Below, in pieces: positions 9,095-17,048 of a stretch of 64,000 nt of DNA (position 1 is the stretch's first letter; every line of letters starts with the position of its first letter). Origin of the DNA: Bacteroidota bacterium. Lineage in GTDB: Bacteria; Bacteroidota; Bacteroidia; NS11-12g; UBA955. The stretch covers positions 19,548 through 83,547 of the forward strand of contig JAGFIU010000051.1 of NCBI GenBank assembly GCA_024103355.1. The letters run 5' to 3'. A program made the position numbers and the translations under genes. A model generated the notes under the pieces. It was given only the letters and a program-made list of their open reading frames with translations, did not search any database and was not told the DNA's origin.

Positions 9095-9898
9095 ATGACA
9101 AGCCCTAAATTACCATATCATCCCAACAAACTCAAATCTGCACTCTGCATTATTGTGGATACCAGAGGCTCTACACCGCGTAAAGCCGGTACTAAAATGC
9201 ATGTATTTGAAAACGGGAAAATTGAGGGAACTATTGGTGGAGGTGCTTTAGAAAAAAAAGTAATTGAAGATGCTCTTGCACAAATAAAAGTGGGCAACCC
9301 CAGATTGTTTGAACACCAGCTTCTCCAACAACATAATATGTGCTGTGGCGGTATGGTAAAGGTATATATAGAACCGGAAGCACAGAAAAATCATTTGATA
9401 ATTTTTGGTGCAGGGCATGTTGGGCAGGAATTAGCAAACCAGGCGGTGAAAGCGGAGTTTGATGTAACTGTGTTTGATGACAGACCCGAATATATACAGC
9501 AAATCACCAACGAAACTATCGAGGCTCAATGCCTTGATTTTTCAGATGCATTAAAGCAAATCTCTTTTGGTGAAAATACTTATATCGCTATTCTTACTTA
9601 CCGGCACGATATTGACCGGGCTTTGCTTCGGTATTGTTTGAGAAAAGAAAGAGCCTATCTCGGTTTTATTGGTAGTCAACGAAAAATATTGGTTACACGA
9701 AAAATGATGTTACAGGAAGGAATAGCAACAGAAGAAGAATTGAACAAAGTAGATATGCCTATTGGTTTGAACATTGGTGCTGAATCACCTTTTGAAATAG
9801 CGGTTAGCATTATGGCAAAACTGATAGAAGTGAAAAACCAAGAGCAGGTTAATACAATTCAACAAATAAAAGACATAGAACAATGCATAAAAGAATAG
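9095..9898 (+). CDS. xdhC: XdhC/CoxI-family MoCo insertion/maturation accessory protein
   Basis: 267 aa with a Rossmann-like C-terminal half (LIIFGAGHVGQELA). Starts directly after the mocA stop. Typical neighbour of XDH-family structural genes. Confidence 0.7.
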   Translation: MTSPKLPYHPNKLKSALCIIVDTRGSTPRKAGTKMHVFENGKIEGTIGGGALEKKVIEDALAQIKVGNPRLFEHQLLQQHNMCCGGMVKVYIEPEAQKNHLIIFGAGHVGQELANQAVKAEFDVTVFDDRPEYIQQITNETIEAQCLDFSDALKQISFGENTYIAILTYRHDIDRALLRYCLRKERAYLGFIGSQRKILVTRKMMLQEGIATEEELNKVDMPIGLNIGAESPFEIAVSIMAKLIEVKNQEQVNTIQQIKDIEQCIKE

Positions 9899-10605
9899 CC
9901 GTCATAACAGGAGCTGCCAAGGGTATTGGAAAATCTATTGCGCAAAGGTTCGCACGTGATGGCTATCAATGTGTATTGGTGGATGTGGATGAAGTACAAG
10001 GGCAGCAATTGGCAAAGGAATTGGGTAAGGATGCGATTTTCCGTTCATGTGATATCAGTGATGAGTCAGATGTTAAAAAGTTGTTTGAAAGCCTTGAGAG
10101 AATAGATGTTTTGATAAACAATGCCGGGATAATTCGTGATAATATGATTTGGAAAATGCCGGTGGAAGATTTTGATAGGGTTGCAAATATCAACCTGAAA
10201 GGAACATGGATGATGTGTCGCGAAGCGGCTTTGAGGATGAAGGAACAAAGAAGCGGAAGAATAGTAAACATTGCTTCTAGAGCGTGGTTAGGAAATCCTG
10301 GACAGTCTAACTATGCTGCTTCAAAAGCGGGTGTGGTAAGCCTGACAAGGGTTCTGGCTTTGGAATTGGGGCGATACGGCATATTGGTTAATGCCATTGC
10401 TCCCGGTTTGATTGATACCCCTTTGGCACAAGGGTTAACGGATGAAGTTAGAGAAAAGCTCATTCAGGCACAACCGACTAAAAGCATGGGAAAACCGGAG
10501 GATGTGGCACATGCAGCCGCTTTTCTGTGTGATGAAAATACCTTGTTTATTACCGGTCAAACCTTGTATGTAGATGGCGGAAAAAGTATTGGAGCAGGAC
10601 TGTGA
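9883..10605 (+). CDS. Short-chain dehydrogenase/reductase (FabG-like 3-oxoacyl reductase family)
   Basis: TGAAKGIGKSIA Rossmann motif, NNAG, and the YxxxK catalytic dyad (YAASKAG). 240 aa. Overlaps xdhC by 16 bp. Confidence 0.85.
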   Translation: MHKRIAVITGAAKGIGKSIAQRFARDGYQCVLVDVDEVQGQQLAKELGKDAIFRSCDISDESDVKKLFESLERIDVLINNAGIIRDNMIWKMPVEDFDRVANINLKGTWMMCREAALRMKEQRSGRIVNIASRAWLGNPGQSNYAASKAGVVSLTRVLALELGRYGILVNAIAPGLIDTPLAQGLTDEVREKLIQAQPTKSMGKPEDVAHAAAFLCDENTLFITGQTLYVDGGKSIGAGL

Positions 10606-10633
10606 AAGTATTGAAAGATGAAAAATAAATGCA

Positions 10634-13426
10634 ATGAGAAAGATAAGTTTAAAAATCAACAACAAGCCTTATACCTTTCTGGCAAACGATTCAGAGACTT
10701 TGTCTCATGTAATTCGTGAAAGGGCAGGGCTTACGGGAACAAAGGTCGGGTGCAGCCAGGGCAGTTGCGGAGCTTGTACAGTCATTGCAGACGGAGAACC
10801 GGTATTGAGTTGCATTACTCCTGCATTTCGATTTGACAATGCTGAAATTCAAACAATAGAAGGGTTATCCAATCAGGGTACTCCGGAACTTTTACAGGAA
10901 TTGTTTGTGCGCAAAGGAGCTATCCAATGTGGTTTTTGCACACCCGGAATGGTATTGACCGCTAAGGATTTTGTAAACAAAAATCCCAATGCAACCAAAC
11001 AGGATATCAAAGAAGCACTATCCGGGAATTTATGCCGCTGTACCGGTTATAAAAAGATTATTGAAGCTGTTACCGAATATACCGAACTCCACAAACAAGG
11101 TGTTGAGCACTTGCCGCCTGTTGAAGAAAGCAGCAAAATCATTGGTGTCAGCCGACCTTATATCGAAGCAGAAAAAAAGGTTTTAGGCAAAGCCCTTTAT
11201 GCCGATGATTTACAATTCAGAAATTTGTTATACTGCAAGTTTCTGCGAAGCACTCATGCTCATGCATTGATTGAAGATATTGATATTTCAGAAGCGCAAA
11301 AAATGGAAGGAGTGGCTTATGTAGCTGTAGGAAAAGAGTTGCCTGAAAAATTCGGAGTCTTGCCTGTTTCGCATGATGAAACGGCTATGGCTATCGAAAA
11401 GACACGCTATTTTGGAGAAATAGTTGCAGCCGTAGCGGCTGAGAGTTTTGAAATTGCTGAAGCTGCATGTAAAAAAATCAAAGTTAAATACAAACCGCTC
11501 AAAACTTATTTTAGCATTGAAGAATCCATTCATGACGTAGGCGACAATGCCAAGATTCACGAACACTGCAAGTTCAACAATAATATTCACAAAAAAGCAG
11601 AATTGCGTTTTGGAAACCAGGAAGAAGGATTTAATAATTCTGATATCATTTCTGAAATGGAATTTGATGTGGAAGGAGTTTCTCATGCTTTTACTGAGCC
11701 TCATTCGGCAACAGCTTATTGGGATGAAAACGGATTGACCATTCACACGGCTACACAAGTTCCTCATTATCTTCACAGAGCTTTAGCCAAAGTAATGCAA
11801 GTTCCATTGAGCAGGGTGCGTGTTATCAAACCTTATGTAGGCGGTGGTTTTGGAGGAAAGAGTGATCCCTTTCCACATGAGATGATTATCTCTCACATTG
11901 CCCGAAAGACAGGCAGGCCTGTGCGCTCCACTTTTACAAGAGAAGAAGTTTTTCTTAGCAATCACGGCAGGCATCCATCCAAATTCAAAATGAAAATGGG
12001 AGCCGACAGCAATGGAATGTTGAAAGTATTGGATGCTGATGTGGCAATAGATGGCGGTGCTTACGGCAGCTTTGGCGTGGTTACTTCATACTATAACGGG
12101 GTGCTATTACAGGCACCTTATGAAATTAAAGACTTTGGATTTAGAACGTATCGTGTTTATACCAACAAGCCTCAATGTGGTGCTATGCGTGGGCACGGAG
12201 CTGTTAATACCCGTTTTGCTGCTGAAACGCTCATAGATGATATTGCCCATAGGTTGAACATCGATCCGTGTGAAATGAGGTTGAAGAATTTTTATAAAGA
12301 AAATGTAATTACTATCGGGCAGTTCAGAATTACATCCAATGGCAGTAGAATGGCTTTGCAGCAAGTAATGGAACGCTCCGGTTGGAAAGACAAGCGTGCG
12401 AACTTGCCGGCAGGACGAGGAATTGGGGTGGGATGTGGTTTCTTCATCAGCGGAAGCGCCTTGCCGATTATCTGGAATGAATATCCTCAAACAGTGGTAC
12501 ATCTGAAATTGGATTTTGACGGAAGAATTTTGATTTCTTCCGGTGCCAGTGATATAGGCCAAGGAAGCGATACCATGCTGGCAATGGTGGTAGCAGAAAC
12601 GATGGGTGTTGATATGCAAAAAGTTTTTGTACTTGCTGCCGATACTTTGCTAACTCCGGTGGATTTAGGAAGTTATTCCAGCCGGGTTACATTCATGTGT
12701 GGAAATGCTGCCAAACAAGCGGCTGAAAAACTTAAATCTGAAATATTAGAAGCGGTTGCCAAAAGAAAAGCAATAGCAATAGAAGAATTGTATATTGAAA
12801 ACAGTCGGGTACGCTCCAATGATAAACAAGTGGATTTAGAATGGTTGGAAGCGGTGGATATGGCTACAGCTCATCGCGGAGCTTTGACGGTTAGCGGTAA
12901 TTATATTTCACCAAAATTAGGAGGCGATTTTAAAGGAGCAGGTGCAGGGTTAAGCCCTTCATACAGTTTTGGAGCGTGTATAGCAGAAGTAAATGTAGAT
13001 AAACAAACGGGGCAGGTAGAATTACTCCATGTCTGGGGTGCACACGACTGCGGAAAAGCACTGAATCCATTAGCAGTTGAGGGACAGTTGGAAGGTTCTT
13101 GGCACATGGGAATAGGACAGGCAGTCAGTGAAGAGATGAAATACTTTAACGGGTTGCTCTTAAATAACAATTTCTGTGATTACAAAATCCCTACCACCTT
13201 AGACACTCCCGAAATAGATACTAATATCATAGAATCCGGAGATCCGGAAGGACCCTTTGGGGCTAAAGAATGTGGCGAGGGAGCTTTACATCCTGTTATT
13301 CCGGCTATAGCCAATGCCATTTTTAATGCCTGTGGAGTGCGCATTACCAAACTGCCCATCAAAGCAGACGAAGTACTGTCACAAATAAAAGCAAATATGC
13401 AAGTGAAGGCGGAAGCAATAAACTAA
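10634..13426 (+). CDS. Xanthine-dehydrogenase-family molybdenum enzyme with the [2Fe-2S] small subunit fused N-terminal to the MoCo-binding large subunit (HcrC+HcrA / CoxS+CoxL-like, 930 aa)
   Basis: N-terminal ~160 aa carries GCSQGSCGACTV, CGFCTPG and CRCTGY, the two [2Fe-2S] motifs. The downstream region has the a/b-hammerhead and MoCo-binding domains, including GGGFGGK. The C-terminal part has GAKECGEGA in place of the usual GxGE catalytic-Glu loop. Confidence 0.85.
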   Translation: MRKISLKINNKPYTFLANDSETLSHVIRERAGLTGTKVGCSQGSCGACTVIADGEPVLSCITPAFRFDNAEIQTIEGLSNQGTPELLQELFVRKGAIQCGFCTPGMVLTAKDFVNKNPNATKQDIKEALSGNLCRCTGYKKIIEAVTEYTELHKQGVEHLPPVEESSKIIGVSRPYIEAEKKVLGKALYADDLQFRNLLYCKFLRSTHAHALIEDIDISEAQKMEGVAYVAVGKELPEKFGVLPVSHDETAMAIEKTRYFGEIVAAVAAESFEIAEAACKKIKVKYKPLKTYFSIEESIHDVGDNAKIHEHCKFNNNIHKKAELRFGNQEEGFNNSDIISEMEFDVEGVSHAFTEPHSATAYWDENGLTIHTATQVPHYLHRALAKVMQVPLSRVRVIKPYVGGGFGGKSDPFPHEMIISHIARKTGRPVRSTFTREEVFLSNHGRHPSKFKMKMGADSNGMLKVLDADVAIDGGAYGSFGVVTSYYNGVLLQAPYEIKDFGFRTYRVYTNKPQCGAMRGHGAVNTRFAAETLIDDIAHRLNIDPCEMRLKNFYKENVITIGQFRITSNGSRMALQQVMERSGWKDKRANLPAGRGIGVGCGFFISGSALPIIWNEYPQTVVHLKLDFDGRILISSGASDIGQGSDTMLAMVVAETMGVDMQKVFVLAADTLLTPVDLGSYSSRVTFMCGNAAKQAAEKLKSEILEAVAKRKAIAIEELYIENSRVRSNDKQVDLEWLEAVDMATAHRGALTVSGNYISPKLGGDFKGAGAGLSPSYSFGACIAEVNVDKQTGQVELLHVWGAHDCGKALNPLAVEGQLEGSWHMGIGQAVSEEMKYFNGLLLNNNFCDYKIPTTLDTPEIDTNIIESGDPEGPFGAKECGEGALHPVIPAIANAIFNACGVRITKLPIKADEVLSQIKANMQVKAEAIN

Positions 13427-13437
13427 TCAATGAAACT

Positions 13438-14376
13438 ATGGAAGCAACACAATCTTACATCAAAGTAAAAACCACGAACGAGGCAATGCAGCAAATCAAC
13501 AGCCTGCAAAATGCTATTTTCGTTGCCGGAGGTACCGATGTCTTTGTAAACAAACAACAAGGAAATATTGAAGCCGGATACTTAATAGATGTTTCGGGAA
13601 TTGAGGATTTAATGACTTGCCGTTTATATGATGACCGGATAGAAATCGGTGCCATGTTTACCCTTGAAAAAATTATCCAATCGGAAACGATTAACACTCA
13701 TTTTCCAACATTGGTTCAAGCAGCATTGGCGGTAGCAACTCCTGTAATTCGCAAAACGGCAACCATTGGAGGCAATGTGTTATGCGAAAATCGTTGTTTC
13801 TATTACAACCAAAGCGAATGGTGGCGAGAAGCCGTAGGGCATTGTCTCAAATGCAACGGGGATATTTGTTTGGCAACAGGGGGTAGAAAAAATTGTTTTT
13901 CAAAATTTGTAAGTGATACCGCACCGGTTTTGATTGCTTATGGTGCCACCGCCATTCTGATAGATGCCGATGGAGAGCGCTGTGTGCCTTTGGAGAGTAT
14001 CTATACTGGTGATGGAATTGTTTCTGTTACCTTAAACAAAAAGACTTTGCTCAAATCCATTGAAATTCCTTTAAGCACAAAAAAGGTAATTTTCAAAAAA
14101 CTCAGACCCAGAAAAACACTTGATTTTACCTCGCTTACTACTGCGGTCTCCCTTGATAATAAAATGAATTTGCGCATGGTCATCGGTGGTGTTGACCCTA
14201 AGCCGATAGTGGTGGAAGGAAATCTGAAAAAAGAAGATTTATTACAATTGGTTACCACAGCCATCAAAAAACCGAGAGTAGTGGAAAATGACTTTTACTC
14301 ACGTACATACCGGAAAGACATGATAAAAGTCTTTATAGAAAACAGTCTTAACGAATTAGGAATCCAAATTAATTAA
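13438..14376 (+). CDS. FAD-binding medium subunit of the molybdenum enzyme (CoxM/HcrB-like), with a cysteine-rich insertion loop that probably binds a [4Fe-4S] cluster
   Basis: FAD-binding fold (IFVAGGTDV). Insertion GGNVLCENRCFYYNQSEWWREAVGHCLKCNGDICLATGGRKNCF has Cys at positions 116, 120, 136, 139, 144 and 153 of the protein. Four of these have 16/8/9 spacing. Confidence 0.8.
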   Translation: MEATQSYIKVKTTNEAMQQINSLQNAIFVAGGTDVFVNKQQGNIEAGYLIDVSGIEDLMTCRLYDDRIEIGAMFTLEKIIQSETINTHFPTLVQAALAVATPVIRKTATIGGNVLCENRCFYYNQSEWWREAVGHCLKCNGDICLATGGRKNCFSKFVSDTAPVLIAYGATAILIDADGERCVPLESIYTGDGIVSVTLNKKTLLKSIEIPLSTKKVIFKKLRPRKTLDFTSLTTAVSLDNKMNLRMVIGGVDPKPIVVEGNLKKEDLLQLVTTAIKKPRVVENDFYSRTYRKDMIKVFIENSLNELGIQIN

Positions 14377-14398
14377 CAAATCATAAAACAGAATCAAC

Positions 14399-14908
14399 AT
14401 GAATGAAGTAGTCAAAGTTTTAACCGGAGAGCACGAAAATATTAAACGTGCCATTGAACATACACATCGCTTGTTTGCAGATATTTTATCCGGCAATGCA
14501 GAACTCAATATGATGTTAGAACGTATTGATTTTTTTAGAAATTATGCAGACGGATATCATCATCATAAAGAAGAAGAAGTCTTGTTTCCTGAAATGATTA
14601 AACGCAATGAAATGCTGGAATACGGTGTTATTCATGAGATGTTGCAAAATCATGAAGACTTCAGAGAAATGCTTTCCGAATTGGAAGATGCTGTAAACGA
14701 TGGAGATGCAGAAGGAGCAAAGAAAAAATTTGAAGTTTATGCAGAAGCTTTGTTAGAACATATTGCTGTAGAAGATGAAGAAGTATTTCAGATTGCCGAG
14801 ACCATTATGAGCGAAGATGAACTACTGACCGTACTCTACCGTTTTGAGGATTGTGACAGAGAGTTGGGAGTGGATGAAAAAAAAGAGTGGGAGAAAAAAA
14901 TAGGGTAG
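14399..14908 (+). CDS. Hemerythrin-like (HHE cation-binding domain) protein
   Basis: 169 aa with H…HHxxEE…H…E pattern (YHHHKEEEVLFPEM, HEMLQNHEDF, LEHIAVEDEE) typical of bacterial hemerythrin-like di-iron domains. Confidence 0.65.
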   Translation: MNEVVKVLTGEHENIKRAIEHTHRLFADILSGNAELNMMLERIDFFRNYADGYHHHKEEEVLFPEMIKRNEMLEYGVIHEMLQNHEDFREMLSELEDAVNDGDAEGAKKKFEVYAEALLEHIAVEDEEVFQIAETIMSEDELLTVLYRFEDCDRELGVDEKKEWEKKIG

Positions 14909-15008
14909 AAGGATTCTGCAATTATTGAATTGATATGTTTTACCTAAAATAAAGCAACTCGGGTTGATGCAATAAAACCAAGATTGTATTTACTTTTGTT
15001 CCAACATT

Positions 15009-15917
15009 ATGATAAACATCACCTGTAAAAGTAGTACACTGCGAATCGCGATAGCGCAAGCAATCGTTAAAGTGAGCACAGAAGAAACAATCAATGCCAT
15101 GAAGGAAAATCGTGTACCCAAAGGGGATGTTTTTGAAATGTCCAAGACTGCGGGTTTGTTTGCTGTTAAACGAACCAGTGATATGATTCCCGATTGCCAT
15201 CCTTTGCCCGTAGAATATACCAATGTAAGATTTGAAATGAAAGGGTTGGAGGTTCATATTGAAATGGAAGTTCATACAATCTACAAAACAGGTGTGGAAG
15301 TTGAAGCTATGCACGGAGTTTCAGTTGTTGCATTGACTATGTATGACATGCTCAAGCCGATTGATAAGCATATTGAAATTTGTTCTATTAAACTGAAGGA
15401 AAAGAAAGGGGGTAAATCTGATTTTAAAGATAATTTCAGAAAAGACTTAAAAGCGGCTGTGATTGTTTGTTCTGACAGCATTTCCGGGGGACAAAAGGAG
15501 GATAAGGCCGGTAAGTCAATAATAGAAAAACTTGAAAACTGTGAGGTTTCCATTTCCTCATATTTGATTATTCCTGATGAAATAGAAGAAATCAGAAAGA
15601 AAGTACAATCATTGGTTGCTTCAAACAATCTGATAATTTTGACAGGTGGAACAGGTTTGTCACCGAGAGATGTAACCCCGGAAGCATTAAAAGGAATGTT
15701 TGACAGAGAAATCCCCGGAATTATGGAAGCGGCCAGAAATTATGGACAAGAAAGAACTCCGTTTTCTATGCTTTCCCGTGGGGTAGCAGGTTTGATCGGC
15801 AATACACTTGTGCTTGCATTGCCCGGCTCTACTAAGGGAGCAAAGGAATCAATGGATGCCCTATTCCCGTATGTTTTACATATTTTTAAAATAATTGGCG
15901 GTGATAGACACGATTAA
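15009..15917 (+). CDS. moaC: Molybdenum cofactor biosynthesis fusion protein: MoaC (cyclic pyranopterin monophosphate synthase) N-terminal plus MogA/MoaB (molybdopterin adenylyltransferase) C-terminal
   Basis: N-terminal half has MoaC-like sequence (…[31 protein letters not shown]…). C-terminal half has a MogA/MoaB-like GGTG motif ([17 protein letters not shown]). 302 aa. Confidence 0.8.
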   Translation: MINITCKSSTLRIAIAQAIVKVSTEETINAMKENRVPKGDVFEMSKTAGLFAVKRTSDMIPDCHPLPVEYTNVRFEMKGLEVHIEMEVHTIYKTGVEVEAMHGVSVVALTMYDMLKPIDKHIEICSIKLKEKKGGKSDFKDNFRKDLKAAVIVCSDSISGGQKEDKAGKSIIEKLENCEVSISSYLIIPDEIEEIRKKVQSLVASNNLIILTGGTGLSPRDVTPEALKGMFDREIPGIMEAARNYGQERTPFSMLSRGVAGLIGNTLVLALPGSTKGAKESMDALFPYVLHIFKIIGGDRHD

Positions 15918-15929
15918 TATCTGATATCT

Positions 15930-16352
15930 ATGGCTGATCACTCTGTTTTAAAAGAAAATTTACGGTATTTAAGATTTGTGATATATGCAATAGTTCTTGC
16001 ATACATTTGGGTTCAATATGAATTTAATACAGAGAGTTGGGATTATAGCAATGGTCAGGCTAAAGTAATTGGGAAACATGTTAATGGTAAAGATGAAGGT
16101 ACTTGGATATGGTTTTACTCAAACGGGAAAAAGCAGATGCAAGGGGATTTTCTTCATGGGAAACGTGTGGGTACCTGGCTTATTTGGGATTCTTCCGGAA
16201 ACAAAGTCAGCGAAACCCATTATGTCAATGACAAACTTAATGGTGATTTTATTAGATGGTATTCCAACGGAAAAATAGAAAGTAAAGGAACCTATAAAGA
16301 TGATAAATTAGTTTATTCTGAAGATTATAAGGCTGATGGCTCTGCGCAATAA
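15930..16352 (+). CDS. MORN-variant (YwqK-like) repeat protein, N-terminal membrane anchor
   Basis: Repeated G-x-W-x-x-(W/Y)-x-x-NG-K units (GTWIWFYSNGKK, GTWLIWDSSGNK, DFIRWYSNGKIE). Confidence 0.55.
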   Translation: MADHSVLKENLRYLRFVIYAIVLAYIWVQYEFNTESWDYSNGQAKVIGKHVNGKDEGTWIWFYSNGKKQMQGDFLHGKRVGTWLIWDSSGNKVSETHYVNDKLNGDFIRWYSNGKIESKGTYKDDKLVYSEDYKADGSAQ

Positions 16353-16355
16353 TAA

Positions 16356-16838
16356 TTATTCGGGTAACTCAAATTCCGTTTCCCATTCGTTATTGCCGGT
16401 TGTATCCTTCAATTTTACTTTCAAAAAGGCCTCATCTCCTTTTTTGTAATAAATTCTGTCTGTAACAATGCTTGTTTTCTCAACATTTTCGTTGTTTTTT
16501 TGATTGAGGTGGTCGCCTTTTCTAGGCATAAAAGGATAACGAATGGTTATTTTTTCATCTTCTGTCAAAACCATTTGGAGTGCTGTTTCAAAAATGATTT
16601 CTTCAAGTTTTTCTGCAAGTATATCATCATTGATTTCTTTTTTAGCTTTTTCTGTAAGTATTGCAGCCCAATCAATGAACTTCTTACTTGCCTCAAATTG
16701 AAGCTGCTCCCGAATATAGAAAGGGAACGGAGAGCGTAAATGTTGGTTGTCCGAAAACCAGAAATTGAATGCGGATTCAATCATTTCAGCCTCAATATAG
16801 CTTTGTTTCCTTAGTTTAATTTCTATTTCCGGATGCAT
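16356..16838 (-). CDS. Hypothetical protein (160 aa), no recognisable motif
   Basis: Clean ORF filling the gap between convergent neighbours. Acidic. No family recognised by eye. Confidence 0.35.
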   Translation of the reverse strand: MHPEIEIKLRKQSYIEAEMIESAFNFWFSDNQHLRSPFPFYIREQLQFEASKKFIDWAAILTEKAKKEINDDILAEKLEEIIFETALQMVLTEDEKITIRYPFMPRKGDHLNQKNNENVEKTSIVTDRIYYKKGDEAFLKVKLKDTTGNNEWETEFELPE

Positions 16839-17048
16839 CCTGCTCTTTTAATTTTATTTTTCAAATATAATACAAGTGAGTTAAGCCGATTAAAAGTATT
16901 TTTAAATTTTTGGGTAAACTGAAAATAGATGAATATGCTAAATAAAAATAGATTGAAAGCCAATAGTTCCCATTTTTTTCTAATATTTGCCGGCACATCT
17001 ATAGTTTATTTTGTGAATTAAATATTTGGGTGAATTTCGTTAGCCAAT

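Noticed and set aside
11288-11776. 162-aa minus-strand ORF (and several other 60-170 aa antisense ORFs, e.g. 1200..1652, 3975..4346, 12107..12619, 15281..15628) inside large + strand genes
   Set aside because: They are fully embedded antisense to well-supported genes and have low-complexity, Cys/Phe/Ile-rich translations typical of AT-rich antisense frames. No motifs.
16981-16989. TAATATTTG as a -7 promoter box for the antiporter gene
   Set aside because: It does not fit TAnnTTTG in any register (the 5th position is A).
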